DNA from: Vezdaea acicularis
Taxonomy: Eukaryota
Length of the DNA stretch: 64,000 nucleotides
NCBI GenBank assembly: GCA_026025075.1
Contig: JAPEUI010000024.1
Span: forward strand, 1-64,000
Direction of reading: 5' to 3'
The position numbers and the translations under genes were made by a program. The first letter of the stretch is position 1, and each line of letters starts with the position of its first letter. Shown one piece after another: positions 63,450 through 64,000 of this stretch. Under the pieces are notes generated by a model that did no database searches, was not told the DNA's origin, and worked only from the letters and a program-made list of their open reading frames with translations.

Positions 63450-63818
63450 TTACACCACCTTACTCATCTTGACGAGATTCTCCACCCCACCACCCAGACC
63501 TCTCAATGCTCCCTCATCCAGTCCCATTTCCCTCTCCCTAAGCCTAACCTTCTCATCAATCCACTTTCCACGCTCTTCACGATCTGAAGGCCACTCTTGC
63601 GCTGGCCAACCCTTCTCGGTCCACTTCTGGCGGTCACGTTCATCCTCGCGTGTACCGTGTCCGTTCTTCCAGATCATGAAGGACATTACGCAGGTCATGA
63701 GGAAACAGAGGGCGCCGACGAAAGCAAAGACGACTTGCAGCGTGTGCAGGCGCGAAACGGGAGCGTGGAAAGGAATATATTTGCCGATGGAGACGGGGTG
63801 GACGTCGGGAACGTCCAT
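63450..63818 (-). CDS. Small hypothetical single-pass membrane protein with a 5' UTR intron
   Basis: MDVPDVHPVSIGKYIPFHAPVSRLHTLQVVFAFVGALCFLMTCVMSFMIWKNG... with a charged C-terminus. A GTGAGT..GCTAAT..CAG intron lies just upstream of the ATG. Confidence 0.55.
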   Translation of the reverse strand: MDVPDVHPVSIGKYIPFHAPVSRLHTLQVVFAFVGALCFLMTCVMSFMIWKNGHGTREDERDRQKWTEKGWPAQEWPSDREERGKWIDEKVRLREREMGLDEGALRGLGGGVENLVKMSKVV

Positions 63819-64000
63819 AATGTAATCTGATACAGATATTAGCTGCATCCAAGAGGGCTAGAAGGTAAGGGTGTTACTCACACCTCTTAAATTAAGAGCT
63901 GCTATGCGAAAGAAGATATGTGAACAGAATAGGAGAGACTATTTGTTGATATCCTAAAGACGCTCCTTGAAGGTATGTGGGTGTATAACAAGAGGTTTTG

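Overview
Gene-dense, intron-containing genomic DNA from a filamentous ascomycete (Pezizomycotina-type GT..CTRAY..YAG introns). I can support about 23 protein-coding genes, mostly conserved housekeeping: hymA/MO25, an Lte1-like RasGEF, a laccase, PRP3, HIS5, RPA190, an M13 metallopeptidase, alternative oxidase, KAR9, MTM1, HRT3, VPS71, ATG22, MED14, PDI and GRH1. I found no rRNA, tRNA, CRISPR array or recognisable transposon. The least ordinary parts are: (i) 39-50 kb, with three F-box-type genes and a HeLo-like/SesA-N plus ankyrin gene that lacks any NACHT/NB-ARC domain (possible non-self-recognition module); (ii) two CGG-N7-CGG motifs in the AOX promoter; (iii) a laccase with no signal peptide and Phe at the T1 axial position; (iv) two consecutive 8-nt micro-exons building the first PDI active site; (v) a microsatellite-rich first 2.4 kb with consensus splice signals and two ORFs separated by a 59-nt poly-C tract. 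Family assignments come from motif recognition by eye; no database searches were run. Coordinates of spliced genes span start to stop including introns.
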